A stretch of 64,000 nucleotides of DNA, from the NCBI RefSeq assembly GCF_963506605.1, contig NC_083279.1, positions 59,954,001 through 60,018,000 of the forward strand, given 5' to 3'. This document shows, piece by piece, positions 61,411 through 64,000 of this stretch. The notes under the pieces were generated by a model. The model had not been told where the DNA came from, made no database searches, and worked only from the letters and a program-made list of their open reading frames with translations. Position numbers and translations under genes: made by a program. The DNA comes from Zootoca vivipara. Taxonomy: Eukaryota. Within the stretch, counting starts at the first letter, position 1. Each line of letters opens with the position of its first letter.

Positions 61411-64000
61411 TACAAACTTCATGTCTTCCTTGTTCTGTGCAGGTGCCTTTGCTCATGTCAATATAGAATCTTGGCCTAAGCAGAGAATTTTAAATTCTGT
61501 GACCCATTGCCTCTTTCAGGTTGGTAAACATAGTTTCAGATTCTGCCCCTATTTTAAAGGATAGTTTTATTGTAAAAACATAGGGCAGTCTTCTTGAGCA
61601 ACAGAATTTCCTCTTCTCTTCTGCCCTCACCATTTGCACCCCACCCCCTCCCCAAGTCTGAGGGATGGGGAGCCCTGGAACAGATTTAGGGGAAGAAATG
61701 GGGATAATGGAGGGGCAGAAAATTCCATTGCATAAGTAGAAATTATTGTAATGATAGAAGGTTATCCATAGAGCTATGTTGAATAAAACCCATAGAGAGG
61801 CTCCCCATATTATTGATAAATGAGATTTATGATAGTCATGCCACGAAAAAGAAATGTGTTTCAAATAGCTGCCAACAAAGAAAAATAAAACACAGATAAA
61901 AATATTTACCCATTAACCCACATTTTGTTCCTGGGCAAGGCCTATGGAAACAAAACCAAGTAAGCTGATTGTGTGTTCTCAAAATGCTCGTGTTTCATGT
62001 CAGAGCTCTTAACAATTCTTACTTAAGGAGGAAAATATGCAAACATTCATTTTGTGCTGATCAGTTTACAATCATAAGCAGATATTCCACTCTTTCTTGG
62101 AAGCTGCCAATTTCCATTTTCCTTATCAGCCACCGTGAATAACACACCTGTTCACTAACTGATTTCATGGCAGTCCCTTGTGTTACTTATTGGATCGAGT
62201 CAGAGTTTTTGTCATTGAAATTCAATCTTTCTTTTTTCTTTCCTTTTTTTAAAAGGAAAAGTGAAAATTTACATGTTGCTTTCAAATTTTCCTTACTGAA
62301 AACTTTCTAAGCCTATGATCCTAAGCACATTTGCTACTTTCCAACTTTCTTTGAAATCAAAGGGATTTCTTTCAAGTGAAATTCTTTAGGATTGTACATA
62401 AATATAATGCATTCTGAGAAACCATCAAAAGGATTTTTTTTTTTAAAAAATGAAGCTATAGAATCAAGCATATGTTGTATTTCAAAACAGGAATTATTTT
62501 TATTTTTATTTTTGTACTGGCCCATTGCATTCAGAAAGGGCTGGTTTTAAAAGACCAGCAATTATAAAGAAAAATAATTTATTTTGCATATGATGCACCT
62601 GTCTCAGGGAGTATTATCGTGGCCAGACTAGGACTTGAGCTAGGATCTGAGCTCAAATACCCTCAGCTATGAAATACACTGGGTGAATCAGAGCCAGACA
62701 CCATCTGTCATCCTAACCTATGTTACAGGGTTGTTGTGAAGATAAAACGACGAGAGAGGAGAAAGAACCATGTGAAAAATAAATTATCTATTTACGATAT
62801 TTATAAGCTGCTTTTCAGGTGGGCCTCGTGAAGTCGTTTACATAAGATTTAAATAAATGTAAATAGTAATAATATCAGGTATCAGAATGTTAGGCCTTCT
62901 GTTTTTCTATAATTCAGGTGTTTCATCTTCAATAAAGAAACCTCACTGGATAAGTCTCACTATACATTACAGAGGGACAGAGAGTGGTAGACATGGTATC
63001 ACTGTGATGAGTTGCCCCTTTGCTTTCACAATGTTTAGCAAGACCCATCCAAATCTCATTTACTGCTTTTCAAAGTTGTTGTATTATACCCTTTCTCCAG
63101 ATTAGTTTGCAGGACAAACTCTTTCTCACTAACATCATTAGCTTCTGCTGGAGAATTGGAGAATCGAAAAGTATGAGATTTATAGGACATTGATAAGTTT
63201 CACAGAAGACTGCTATTTATAGTTGCAGGTCTGTGTCTAATCATGTATTGTTCCATACATACCGGATAGTTTAGGGGTAGGCTGCATGGCACAGTACCTA
63301 CAGGACATTTCTTTCCTCACCATAAAACTGCCCTCCTCTATTCAAGAATTCAGAGGTGATGGTCTTGGATACTCCATTAGGACTGATTAACTAGGAGAAA
63401 CATCTAAACAAATAAATTCACATTATCACCAAAGAGAATTTTTCTTTTACATATCAAACACGAGGAGGCTTGGATGCATTGGCTATTCCCTCCTGAGATC
63501 CTAGAGAGGCCTCTACATCTAGAAAAAACAGAAAAGAAAACCTATGCTCTTCATTTTGAAGAGGGACATTACAAAAAATATATTTTAAAATAGGTTCCTG
63601 ACATGCCAGCTTTAAAGCAATCTCTTTGGTGCCACATTCTCTGCTTATCTCATTATTTATCTTTTCCATTGTCTTAATTTTGTTGATTTCTGGAGCCAGC
63701 CCTGCCACCAACACTATCAAAATGAGGACTTGCGGAAAACAGAATGAGGTTTCATACTTCTGTGGGAGGTTTAAAAGCATGGAGATGAAAGAGAGGGGGG
63801 GGCGGGAATGAGTATCCACAATGTAAGATAACTTTCATTGCAGTTAAAAACAGTTTAGGCTCTATATACAAGATGCATTTTATTGTTCGTGCAGCTGTTG
63901 CAACAGATTGTGAATCAGCTAAGGAAAAAAGTATGATCGGACACTTTTTAAGTGAAATCCTGGTTCAATTTCCTTAGTTAAGGGGATGTTATGCCACTAA

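Noticed and set aside
1-64000. CRISPR arrays, prokaryotic operons, rRNA or bona fide tRNA genes
   Set aside because: The sequence is vertebrate. tRNA-like segments are SINE heads, and no regularly spaced repeat-spacer array was seen.

Overview
This is eukaryotic, AT-rich, CpG-depleted non-coding DNA from a squamate reptile, most likely a lacertid lizard. That call is inferred from the repeat complement: Sauria SINEs, Squam3-type CORE SINEs, a CR1-tailed tRNA SINE, BovB, L2, CR1, Rex/Babar and Penelope. I found no host protein-coding exon I can support, so the window reads as a long intron or gene desert, with one assembly gap at 6370-6503. All recognisable ORFs are transposon-derived. The main observations are as follows. 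(1) Three divergent solo LTRs (38177-38771, 46113-46539, 49018-49808) have TG...CA ends and perfect 5-bp TSDs. Each carries a ~100-115 codon reading frame starting in the same phase at the first LTR base (two need one frameshift repair). Two of them conserve the peptide VPP[TS]P[EQ]LRR...LLCWR..R...L..SDS-x-stop mostly through synonymous codon changes, pointing to a selected, LTR-encoded protein module. (2) Penelope-like elements carry minimal hammerhead ribozymes (1568-1605, 57644-57681). (3) Several multi-level nested insertions can be ordered from their TSDs. (4) A family of hairpin hAT MITEs has arms that co-vary between copies. (5) There is a candidate recursive splice site or micro-exon near 47454. 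Family names come from recalled consensus features, not database searches.
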